Positions 8,858-17,762 of a DNA stretch of 64,000 bases are shown piece by piece. The first letter of the stretch is position 1. Each line of letters starts with the position of its first letter. Both the position numbers and the translations under genes were made by a program. Source of the stretch: Candidatus Shapirobacteria bacterium (GTDB taxonomy: Bacteria; Patescibacteriota; Microgenomatia; UBA12405); assembly GCA_030698565.1 (NCBI GenBank), contig JAUYJS010000003.1, positions 12,187 through 76,186 of the forward strand, in the 5' to 3' direction. The notes beneath the pieces were generated by a model, which was given only the letters and a program-made list of their open reading frames with translations, did no database searches and was not told the DNA's origin.

Positions 8858-9388
8858 TTAAAATTCGGGTAATTTCTCGACCGCTACCAACATTTTATTA
8901 CGCTCATCCTCCTTCAGAAAACAAGATTTTAAGTTCTTTAAATAATCTTTAATAAAGATATAACCGTTGTTATGTATACGACTTAATCGATAAGAAAATA
9001 TTTTTTTTAAATATTCACTATCTGGCTTAAAATATTCAACCATCTCATTATCAATATTGTTATATGATTTTCGGTGAAAATCTTCATGTATATGTAAACC
9101 CATATCATCTGGGATAAACAATATTTCCTCTCTAAAGCCAACTATTGTCGTTAGGTGCCATCTATTTCCAAAGTCACCATTATACAATAATAGTCCAATC
9201 TCCCGACAATGATTATCAATTCTACGTTTTACATACAGACAACCAAAATCACACATAAAACGTTCCTGCTCATTCTCTACTAACTTTAAATTTCCTCTAT
9301 TTCTACAAGCATAAAAATGTCTAAAGCCACCATCAACACATTCCACCTTAAGTGGAACTAATTTCAAATATTCTCGTTCAACACTCAT
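8858..9388 (-). CDS. Hypothetical protein
   Basis: 176-aa ORF filling the gap; no recognised motif. Confidence 0.55.
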   Translation of the reverse strand: MSVEREYLKLVPLKVECVDGGFRHFYACRNRGNLKLVENEQERFMCDFGCLYVKRRIDNHCREIGLLLYNGDFGNRWHLTTIVGFREEILFIPDDMGLHIHEDFHRKSYNNIDNEMVEYFKPDSEYLKKIFSYRLSRIHNNGYIFIKDYLKNLKSCFLKEDERNKMLVAVEKLPEF

Positions 9389-9453
9389 TTTTCCTGATTA
9401 TATCATTGTCTGACTAACTACTTTTATTTATTTTATCTTATAAAATAGTATTA

Positions 9454-9744
9454 ATGAAAACCACACCATCTTCTCTAAAAGATGAACTAAATAAATTCAA
9501 AGAAACTCTGGCTGGTCGACAAAAATATGTTAGAAATGAATTTCAGGCTTATGGATTGGAATTAGCCAAAGAACTTGGTGATTGGAAAAACAAGTCTCTT
9601 TACATTCGATTAGCCAAACAAGTTGATAGAAGTATTCTGGAAAGAGCCCGTTATTTTGTCAAAGATCAGACACCAGCTACCATCAAAACTCCCTATAAAT
9701 TATTCATGTGGAAATTAAAAGAATTGCGAAACAATAAGGTATAA
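9454..9744 (+). CDS. Hypothetical protein
   Basis: 96-aa ORF with normal codon usage. Confidence 0.65.
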   Translation: MKTTPSSLKDELNKFKETLAGRQKYVRNEFQAYGLELAKELGDWKNKSLYIRLAKQVDRSILERARYFVKDQTPATIKTPYKLFMWKLKELRNNKV

Positions 9745-9755
9745 TCAAGAGTTAT

Positions 9756-10814
9756 ATGATTTTTCTCAAAACTAATTTAAAAAAGATAATAATCGGTCTA
9801 CTGATATTTTCAGTTGTGACTTTTAGTATCAATAAAATTCGAGCTCAAAGCGACAATATTAACAATCAAAAACTAGATACCAAGAAAGATAAAATTGTCT
9901 TTCCTCAAAAAAAAGACATGAAAGATGAAATTACCCTGACTGGATCCATCGATGCCAGTAAAAAAACTGATCTTAAATTTCAGACATCAGGTCTTTTGGT
10001 CTGGGTGGGAGTCAAAGAAGGGGATAAGGTCAGAAAATGGCAGGCAATTGCCAGTCTAAATAAAAACGACTTGAAAAAAAAGCTACAAGCCGATTTCAAT
10101 GATTACCGATCGGCTCTGTCAACTTTTGACGATACTCAAGACGATTACAAAACCCAAAAGGATAATTTAACTTTGACAGACGATATGAAACGCATCTTGA
10201 TCCGTTCTCAAAATACTCTCAATAATTCAGTCATAAACTACGAACTTTCCGATCTGGCTATAAAATATGCCACCATTTTAAGCCCAATTGATGGCATTGT
10301 CACTCATATTGATCAACCTCTAAGTGGTACCAATATTACCCCAGCTACCGCTACATTTACTATTGTTGACCCAAAAAGTATTTATTTCACTTCATCTATT
10401 AGTCAAGACGATGTCACCAAAATTAAACTTGGTCAAAAAACCGAAATTAATTTAGATAGCTTTCCTGATCAAAATATTAATTCCAAAATTACTTATATTG
10501 CTTTTACCCCAGTTTCAGGCCAAACTTCAACTGTTTATAATGTATATTTTGAACTGCCACTCGACAATTCTACTTTTAATTACCGACTCGGTATGGATGG
10601 TGATGCCAAAATAATTCTGTCTGAATCAAACAATGCCCTTACTCTTCCTGGGAACGCTGTCAAAGAAGAAAATGGTGACAAATATGTTTTAGTAAAAACA
10701 GATGACAATCAATTAACCAAAAAAATAGTTAAAACTGGTATCGAAACCGACGATGATACTGAAATTTTAGAAGGCTTGTCCGAAAATGACCAAGTTGTCA
10801 TCAAACAAAAATAA
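9756..10814 (+). CDS. MacA-like membrane fusion/adaptor protein
   Basis: N-terminal TM, VKEGDKV, SPIDGIV, LGMDG, EILEGL. Confidence 0.88.
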   Translation: MIFLKTNLKKIIIGLLIFSVVTFSINKIRAQSDNINNQKLDTKKDKIVFPQKKDMKDEITLTGSIDASKKTDLKFQTSGLLVWVGVKEGDKVRKWQAIASLNKNDLKKKLQADFNDYRSALSTFDDTQDDYKTQKDNLTLTDDMKRILIRSQNTLNNSVINYELSDLAIKYATILSPIDGIVTHIDQPLSGTNITPATATFTIVDPKSIYFTSSISQDDVTKIKLGQKTEINLDSFPDQNINSKITYIAFTPVSGQTSTVYNVYFELPLDNSTFNYRLGMDGDAKIILSESNNALTLPGNAVKEENGDKYVLVKTDDNQLTKKIVKTGIETDDDTEILEGLSENDQVVIKQK

Positions 10815-11487
10815 TTCCGAAATCATTTTGGAATTAAAAGATGTTGTCAAATCATATAATTCCGGCGGAACTGTTTTTACAGCGATTAAAGGCGCCAACC
10901 TTCAAATCAAAAAAGGAGAGTTTGTTTCTATTACTGGTCCTTCCGGTTCCGGCAAATCCACTTTAATGCACATCATCGGCCTTTTGGACAACCCCACCTC
11001 TGGTCAAGTCCTTCTTGAAGGCAAGGATATTTCCAAACTTCAAGAACACCAATTGGCTAATTTAAGGAATAAAACATTAGGTTTCGTTTTTCAACAATTC
11101 AATTTATTGCCCAAAACTTCAGCTCTAGAAAATGTCACCTTACCCTTAATTTATTCTGATATTCCTAGCTCAAAAAGAAATGATTTAGGCATAGAAATGT
11201 TAACTAAGGTAAATTTATTAGACAAATTAAAAAATACTCCTGCTCAACTTTCCGGTGGTCAACAACAAAGAGTTGCCATTGCTAGGGCTTTAATTAACAA
11301 TCCCAAAATTATTTTAGCCGACGAGCCAACCGGCAATCTTGACAGTAAATCTGGTGACGAGATCATGGAATTTTTCCATCATTTAAACAAAGACGAAGGT
11401 AGAACCATTGTTTTTGTTACTCACGATCCTGATTTAGCCAAACAAGCCACCCGAATGATTGTTATTAAAGATGGCCGCATATGCTAA
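10786..11487 (+). CDS. ABC transporter ATP-binding protein (MacB/LolD type)
   Basis: GPSGSGKST, LSGGQQQRVAIARAL, ADEPTGNLD. Confidence 0.93.
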   Translation: MTKLSSNKNNSEIILELKDVVKSYNSGGTVFTAIKGANLQIKKGEFVSITGPSGSGKSTLMHIIGLLDNPTSGQVLLEGKDISKLQEHQLANLRNKTLGFVFQQFNLLPKTSALENVTLPLIYSDIPSSKRNDLGIEMLTKVNLLDKLKNTPAQLSGGQQQRVAIARALINNPKIILADEPTGNLDSKSGDEIMEFFHHLNKDEGRTIVFVTHDPDLAKQATRMIVIKDGRIC

Positions 11488-12703
11488 AACCAAGTCCAAG
11501 TGAACTTCTAAATTTCAGCTTTAAATCAATTTTAAAAAAAAAAGTCGGACAGTTCTGACCTCGCTTGGAATTATAATAGGCGTCACCTCTGTCATTTTAT
11601 TGACTTCCATTGGCAATGGTCTCAAAAACTATATCAGCAATCAATTTGAAAGCCTCGGGTCAAATTTAGTTTATGTCGCTCCTGGGAAAATTTTTGACGA
11701 CAAAGGCAGATTTAGTAATGGTGGTGGCGGCCATTTTATTACTACTAGTTTTACTCAAGACGACATTTCAGTATTGAAAAGGGGACTCAAAAATACAATA
11801 GTTTTTCCGGCCAACCAAAACCCAGTTGAAATAAAATATAAAAATACTAAAAAAAATACAACATTAGTTGGAACTACCGTCGAATTTGGCAAATATAGAA
11901 ATTTTCTCCCTTCCGAAAATAATGGACGTTGGTTTACCAACGAAGAAAATGACAAAAAAAGTGAGGTTGTTGTTCTGGGCTATCAAATCGCTCAAGATGT
12001 TTTTGGTGACATAAACCCTTTAAATAAAAAAATAATTATTAATGGTAATAATTTAAAAGTTATTGGTATTGTCGACAAAAAGGGCAGTAGTTTTGGCGGC
12101 CCTGATTTGGACAGTTTTGTCTTTATTCCTATTAAAGTCAGCAATAGGATTGTAGGCAACGACCACATCCAAACAATAAGTATTTGGGCTGAAAACAAAG
12201 AAGATATTTCTAATATAAAAGAAGAAGCTAAAAAAATTCTATTAAGTCAAAATTACGACAAAGAAGCTTTTTCTGTTTTTGATTCCAGTCAACTTTTAAG
12301 TAGTATCAACACAATTATTACTGCCCTTACTGTTGCCTTAACCGGTATTGCCGCCATTTCTCTAGTGGTTGGTGGCATTGGAATTATGAATATAATGTTA
12401 GTTACTGTCAGCGAAAGAACCAAAGAAATTGGACTCCGCAAAGCTATTGGTGCTAATCCCAATGCCATTCTCCTTCAGTTTTTAATTGAAGCTGTAATTT
12501 TATCTTGCCTTGGTGGTTTAATTGGTATTTTATTGGGAGCATTAGGCACATTTGCTATCAGTAAATTTTTTCCTGCCCAAATTACTCTTAGTTCTATTCT
12601 ACTAGCTTTTGGGGTTTCCTCTGCTGTCGGTATTATTTTTGGCGTAGCTCCAGCCAGAAAAGCCTCCAAGCTTTCTCCCATCGAAGCTCTTAGATACGAA
12701 TAA
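11481..12703 (+). CDS. MacB/FtsX-type ABC permease, frameshifted at A10 run 11534-11543
   Basis: ATG 11481 frame gives MLKPSPSELLNFSFKSILKK; the -1 frame continues SRTVLTSLGIIIGVTSVILLTSIG; C-terminal ERTKEIGLRKAIGA and PIEALRYE. Confidence 0.85.
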
Positions 12704-12727
12704 GTAGATTTTTGCTATCATTTTAAT

Positions 12728-13291
12728 GTGAGACCTGCATTAAAAAATCATCTTTTTGTATCCATCTCTATTTTTGTAGTAGTCTTCGGTTATTGGTTAA
12801 TATCTCAGCAAAATTTTATCCAATATATTTATTTATTTTTTGGTTTATTACTTGGAACATTTTTTTTGGATATCGACCATATAATTTTTTGGCTATACCT
12901 TAAGCCTGATTTAGACGAAAGTCGTTTAGCCAAAAAAATAATCAAAAATAAAGACTATAAATCCATTCTCATATTATTCAAAACTACTCATCATCATCAC
13001 AATAACTTAATTTTTCATCACTATTTTTTTCAAATCGCTTTGGTTTTAATTTCTTTCTTTGTCTTCACTTCGAGTACCAACGTTTTTGCCATGTCCTTTT
13101 TATTAACTTTAAACACTCATCTTCTGGTAGATGAAATATCCGATTACCAAACCAATCCCAAACATTTACAAAACTGGCTTTTTGCCCGAGAAAACAAGCA
13201 ACTGTCCACCGATAATCTTAAATACTATTTAGGTACATTCATAGTTGTTACTTTTCTTTTTCTCATAAGTCTTCTAAGATTTAAAATATGA
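12728..13291 (+). CDS. Membrane-bound metal-dependent hydrolase-like protein (YdjM-like)
   Basis: Multiple TMs; LDIDH, FHH, THLLVD. Confidence 0.6.
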   Translation: MRPALKNHLFVSISIFVVVFGYWLISQQNFIQYIYLFFGLLLGTFFLDIDHIIFWLYLKPDLDESRLAKKIIKNKDYKSILILFKTTHHHHNNLIFHHYFFQIALVLISFFVFTSSTNVFAMSFLLTLNTHLLVDEISDYQTNPKHLQNWLFARENKQLSTDNLKYYLGTFIVVTFLFLISLLRFKI

Positions 13292-13806
13292 ATTCAACCG
13301 TTTCTGAAGAAGTTTTTGTTCAAGCCAAGATTTATCTGTCTAGCCAACAAAGGGATTTATTAAGCGATCTAAAAAATATTTTAGAAATATTCAACAAAAA
13401 TGATCATATCAACGACTATTCATTTTTAGTGGCTCCGGCTGCCAAATTATACGAGGGTTACTTAAAAGATTTTTTCTTAAAAATTGGAATAATAAGCCAG
13501 GATGAATATGAAAGCGATCGGTTTAGGGTCGGTAAAACCCTCAACCCTTCATTGCGCTACAAAAGATTTTCAGTATTTCAAAAATTATCTGATTTTCATG
13601 AAAATGGTGAGGAATTAGCCGAAATACTTTGGGACGCCTGGAAATTTGGCCGCAATGAAATTCTTCACTATTTTCCAACTAATCTAAAAAATCTTACCAA
13701 AGAAAACGCTGAAGACAGAATCGTTTTAGTCCTAAACGCCGTAATTAAATCCGGTGAATTTATAAAACAGCATAAATATCTCAAACAAGACCAGGCGTAT
13801 ATTTAG
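13288..13806 (+). CDS. HEPN domain protein, RnlA/LsoA C-terminal-like
   Basis: APAAKLYEGYLK helix and RNEILH (RX4H) motif. Confidence 0.65.
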   Translation: MNSTVSEEVFVQAKIYLSSQQRDLLSDLKNILEIFNKNDHINDYSFLVAPAAKLYEGYLKDFFLKIGIISQDEYESDRFRVGKTLNPSLRYKRFSVFQKLSDFHENGEELAEILWDAWKFGRNEILHYFPTNLKNLTKENAEDRIVLVLNAVIKSGEFIKQHKYLKQDQAYI

Positions 13807-14614
13807 TTTTTCCCTCAAAATCCTTAAAAGTTTCTAGTTTAGTTTCCCAAAAAGATAAAGACACCGGAATTTTATCGGCACTTCCCGGCGCATCGACAAT
13901 TAATGTGGGACAAGCCAAACCAGAAACATCTTTTCTCAATTCTGTCATTATTTCAATTTCTTTTTTTAAGGGCACCATAAAGTGTTCAATTCCCGGAATA
14001 TTATTACATTGATAAATATTGTATGGTCTGACACCTAGTTCAATTAATCTAATAAAAAGTTCTTTTAATATTTCAACTGAATCATTAGTACCTTTCAAAA
14101 ACACTGATTGTGAATACAAAATTACACCGGTTTTTCTGATCTTTTCAATAGCCAATTCGACTTTTGAATTTAATTCTTTTGAAGTATTAATATGAATCGA
14201 AAGATAAATTATTTGTTTATATTTTTTACTTAAAATTTTCAAAAATTTTTCTGAAACCAATAGGGGAGCGGTGACCACTGCCCGAGTGTGGATTCTGAAA
14301 ATTTTTAATTGATCCAAAACTTTTAATTTATTTAAAGTGTACTTTAACAAATCTAATACAAATAAAGGCTCGCCTCCTGACAAAATTATTTCAGTAATTT
14401 CTTTATTTTTTTCTATATAATCCACAATTCTATCTATTTCCTCATTAGTCAAAGTTCCTCGCCCTTCTTCTTTTTTACCAATTCTAAAACAAAATTCGCA
14501 CTCAACTGGACATTTTAACGTCAGCTCAATTAAAACTCTGGTTTTATATCTTCTAATTAATCCCTTAACCGGTGTAACCTTATCTTCAAAAAAAATATCT
14601 TTCATTTTATTCAA
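13781..14614 (-). CDS. epmB: Lysine 2,3-aminomutase (KamA/EpmB family radical SAM)
   Basis: CPVECEFCFR, ILSGGEP, RIHTR, QSVFLKGTND, KIPV; adjacent to epmA. Confidence 0.82.
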   Translation of the reverse strand: MNKMKDIFFEDKVTPVKGLIRRYKTRVLIELTLKCPVECEFCFRIGKKEEGRGTLTNEEIDRIVDYIEKNKEITEIILSGGEPLFVLDLLKYTLNKLKVLDQLKIFRIHTRAVVTAPLLVSEKFLKILSKKYKQIIYLSIHINTSKELNSKVELAIEKIRKTGVILYSQSVFLKGTNDSVEILKELFIRLIELGVRPYNIYQCNNIPGIEHFMVPLKKEIEIMTELRKDVSGLACPTLIVDAPGSADKIPVSLSFWETKLETFKDFEGKTKYTPGLV

Positions 14615-15596
14615 TCGAAATTAACTTTAAATCATTAATACTTTTAAAATTGGCAAAAATCATAGCCAACCGGTCAACTCCAATAGCTATCCCGGCACAT
14701 TTTGGTAATTGTTTTAAAATTTCAATAAATTCCCAGTCCGGCTCGTATTTTATTAAACCTAATTTTTGTCGTGTTTCAATATCTTTTTTAAATCTTTCTT
14801 GATATTCATCAATAGCTACACCTTCGTTACCGCAATTTCCTAATTCAATCCCATCAATATAAAATTCAAATCTTTCCGCTCGATTATTCTCATTGATTTT
14901 TGTAATGGCGGCTAATTCGGGTGGGTATTCATATATAAAAGTTACCTGTCCATTTTTTCCCAAATTTGGCTCAACTTCGATTCCATAAATTTGAGACCAG
15001 ACATCAGTATAGTCCAAGCCATCTACCCGATATCCTTTCTCTTTGGCTTCGAAAAAAAAATTTTGGTGATCAAAAATATCAGTTATACCCGCATATTTAT
15101 TAAAAGCCTCAGCTACCGTAATTTTTTCGTAATTATCAAAACTAATTATTTTGTCTTGATAATTAATTTCATTTTTGCCAAAAAATTTATTGGCCATAAA
15201 ACTTAATAAACCCATTACATCCTCAGCAATCTTAAAATAATCAGCGTCAACTCGATAAAATTCCAACATAGTAAATTCATAAGAATGCTTTCTTTCTACC
15301 GGCTCTTTATTTCTAAAAGATTTTCCCAAAGAATAACAATTACCAATCCCCGCAGCTATTAGTCTTTTTAAAAATAATTCTGGCGATGGAGTTAAATATA
15401 ATTTTTCTTTATTTTCTGAATACAAATTTTCCGTTTCAAAAACATCCAAATAAGACTCTGGAATTAGTTTAGGTGAAAGTAGGGGAGTATCTACTGCTAA
15501 AAATCCATTATTTTGAAAATACTCGTCAATTAATCGTTTCACTTTTACAAATATCTGGTGATTTTGTAAATTTGCAAATTTAGACTTAATTTTCAT
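14607..15596 (-). CDS. epmA: EF-P beta-lysine ligase EpmA/GenX
   Basis: LTPSPELFLKRL, FRN.E, EFTMLEFY, ERFEFY, GIAIGVDRL; no anticodon-binding domain. Confidence 0.88.
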   Translation of the reverse strand: MKIKSKFANLQNHQIFVKVKRLIDEYFQNNGFLAVDTPLLSPKLIPESYLDVFETENLYSENKEKLYLTPSPELFLKRLIAAGIGNCYSLGKSFRNKEPVERKHSYEFTMLEFYRVDADYFKIAEDVMGLLSFMANKFFGKNEINYQDKIISFDNYEKITVAEAFNKYAGITDIFDHQNFFFEAKEKGYRVDGLDYTDVWSQIYGIEVEPNLGKNGQVTFIYEYPPELAAITKINENNRAERFEFYIDGIELGNCGNEGVAIDEYQERFKKDIETRQKLGLIKYEPDWEFIEILKQLPKCAGIAIGVDRLAMIFANFKSINDLKLISIE

Positions 15597-15673
15597 AAAT
15601 CGAATTATATCAAAATGGGTAACCTGACTACCAATAGTGAATTCTAATTAGGCTAACATTTTTTACATCTATA

Positions 15674-15702
15674 TTGACAAATAACTTTACATTATCTAAA
15701 CT
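15674..15702 (+). promoter_or_regulatory. Sigma70-type promoter
   Basis: TTGACA 15674-15679, 17-bp spacer, TAAACT 15697-15702, 5 nt before the ATG. Confidence 0.6.
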
Positions 15703-15707
15703 ATTAT

Positions 15708-16478
15708 ATGCTTTCAAAATTTATTAAACAATTAAGATTAAAAAATAATTTTAATCAATCATTTGTTGCCGAGCACATTAGTGTCTCTCGTCCAACCTAC
15801 CTCGAAATTGAAAAAGGAACCAGAGACTTAACTATTACCGAAGCTCAAAAACTAGCCGATCTTTTTGGTCTATCTCTTGATTCTCTTTTGAACCAAAACG
15901 AAATTGTTACGGTCGTTGACGATCAAAAAACTGTCATTAAAAAACACGACGATATCCGTATTTCTATCCCCCAAAATAATTTAGAAAAATTTAAACAAGT
16001 ATTACTTTATATTCTCACCAAGGTCGGTTCTAAACCAAATATTGGCGAAACAGCAATTTATAAATTGCTTTATTTTATCGATTTTGATTATTACGAAAAA
16101 TACGAAGAGCAGTTAATAGGCGCCAAATATATCCGCAATAACTACGGCCCGACGCCGGTACATTTTAAGACAATTGTCGAAAAAATGATCAAAGATGGTC
16201 AGCTTGAATCTGTTTCCAGTAAATATTTTCAATATCCTCAAAAAAAATATTTACCAAAAGTATCAGTGAATTTATCAAAATTATCCGGTCAAGAAATCGC
16301 CCACATTGACGATGTTTTAGCTCGGTTGTCTGGTAAAAGCGCCAAAGAATTAACCGAATATTCTCATACCGACAATCCTTGGATGACAAAAAAATCAGGT
16401 GAGGTTTTAGATTATGAATCTGTTTTTTATCGTGATGTCGCTCATTCAGTGCGGGACAATAGCCATGATCAATTATGA
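15708..16478 (+). CDS. XRE HTH-Panacea (DUF4065/SocA-like) antitoxin
   Basis: N-terminal HTH; KLLYFIDF, YGPTP, LTEYSH..PW. Confidence 0.85.
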   Translation: MLSKFIKQLRLKNNFNQSFVAEHISVSRPTYLEIEKGTRDLTITEAQKLADLFGLSLDSLLNQNEIVTVVDDQKTVIKKHDDIRISIPQNNLEKFKQVLLYILTKVGSKPNIGETAIYKLLYFIDFDYYEKYEEQLIGAKYIRNNYGPTPVHFKTIVEKMIKDGQLESVSSKYFQYPQKKYLPKVSVNLSKLSGQEIAHIDDVLARLSGKSAKELTEYSHTDNPWMTKKSGEVLDYESVFYRDVAHSVRDNSHDQL

Positions 16479-16809
16479 GAGACTAACTATTTTTGATAAA
16501 GAATTTAAACGGTTGTTCAAAAAATATCGTTCACTGGATAAAGATTTGGACATTTTAAAAGCCACTTTAGAATTATTTCCCACTGGTCAAAGTAACAATT
16601 CCGAAATCGTTCACCACAGTGACAATATCAAAATTGTTAAAACTCGTTTATTTTGTCGATATCTTAAAGGTTCAACCTTAAGACTTACTTACGCATATCA
16701 CCAAATCGAAAACAAAATATGTTTTCTTGAAATTTATTATAAAGGCGATAAGGAAAATGAAGACAGAGAGAGAATAAAAGATTATCTAAAAGAAATGGCT
16801 GTAAAATAA
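16465..16809 (+). CDS. RelE/ParE-like toxin
   Basis: FDKEFKRLFKKYRSLDKDL...RLTYAY...FLEIYYKGDKEN; overlaps antitoxin stop. Confidence 0.75.
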   Translation: MINYERLTIFDKEFKRLFKKYRSLDKDLDILKATLELFPTGQSNNSEIVHHSDNIKIVKTRLFCRYLKGSTLRLTYAYHQIENKICFLEIYYKGDKENEDRERIKDYLKEMAVK

Positions 16810-16871
16810 CCTAATTATCAATAAACTAACAACCATTGACATAATAATTATATCTAGTAACATAAGACATT

Positions 16872-17075
16872 ATGTCGAATAAAAAAGTTGTTGTTGATCA
16901 AGATAAGTGTATCGGTTGCAACACCTGCCCATTGATTGATCCAGAAACTTTTGAACTAGACCAAGAAACCTATAAAGCTAAAGTCAAAAAACAACCGGAT
17001 ACTATTACAGAGACAATAGACATGAGCATTTCATCTTGTCCCGTCGGCGCCATCTCCATAGTTGAAGAAGAATGA
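16872..17075 (+). CDS. Ferredoxin
   Basis: CIGCNTC...CPVGAI. Confidence 0.9.
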   Translation: MSNKKVVVDQDKCIGCNTCPLIDPETFELDQETYKAKVKKQPDTITETIDMSISSCPVGAISIVEEE

Positions 17076-17617
17076 AATTAAATTCTCATCAAATTAGAAA
17101 AAGTAAGGTGGAAACTGCTCAACTTGAGAGGGAAAATATAAAGCGCAATCCCATTGTTTTAGTTTTGGACAATGTTTTGGACACTTACAACATTGGTTCT
17201 TTTTTTAGATTAGCCGATGCCATTGCCGCCCAAAAAATTTATCTTTGCGGACCAGTAGTTACTCCGCCGAATATTAAAATTCATCGAGCTTCGATTGGCA
17301 CCTGGAAATGGATTCCTTGGGAACACTATTCTTCTACCATCAAATGTCTTCTAAAATTAAAAGAAGAAGGTTATCAAATTATAGCCTGTGAACAAGCATC
17401 CAACAGTGTTGATTATTTAAAAGCCAAATATAAATTTCCTATCGCCATAATTGCCGGCAGCGAGTCAGAAGGTATTTTCAAAGAAGTCCTAAAATTAGCA
17501 GATGTCATTACTGAAATTCCCATGCACGGTATTAATATTTCTTTAAATGTTTTGGTCGCCACTTCCATAATTAGTTACGACGCACTAAACAAAATAAGCA
17601 ATAATTTCCAACGTTAG
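17072..17617 (+). CDS. TrmH/SpoU RNA methyltransferase
   Basis: VLDNV...NIGSFFR, GSESEG, EIPMHG...SLNV. Confidence 0.9.
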   Translation: MKLNSHQIRKSKVETAQLERENIKRNPIVLVLDNVLDTYNIGSFFRLADAIAAQKIYLCGPVVTPPNIKIHRASIGTWKWIPWEHYSSTIKCLLKLKEEGYQIIACEQASNSVDYLKAKYKFPIAIIAGSESEGIFKEVLKLADVITEIPMHGINISLNVLVATSIISYDALNKISNNFQR

Positions 17618-17762
17618 GCAAAAGATAAAAATAAATAAATTTTATCAAAATTTAATAAAAAATATCCCTATCTTACCGAATATTTTGCTTATTGTAAAGC
17701 TAATTTTGCTCTGTTACAATGGATTTGTTCTAATTTATTTAAAAAACTAAAAATTATCGAAT

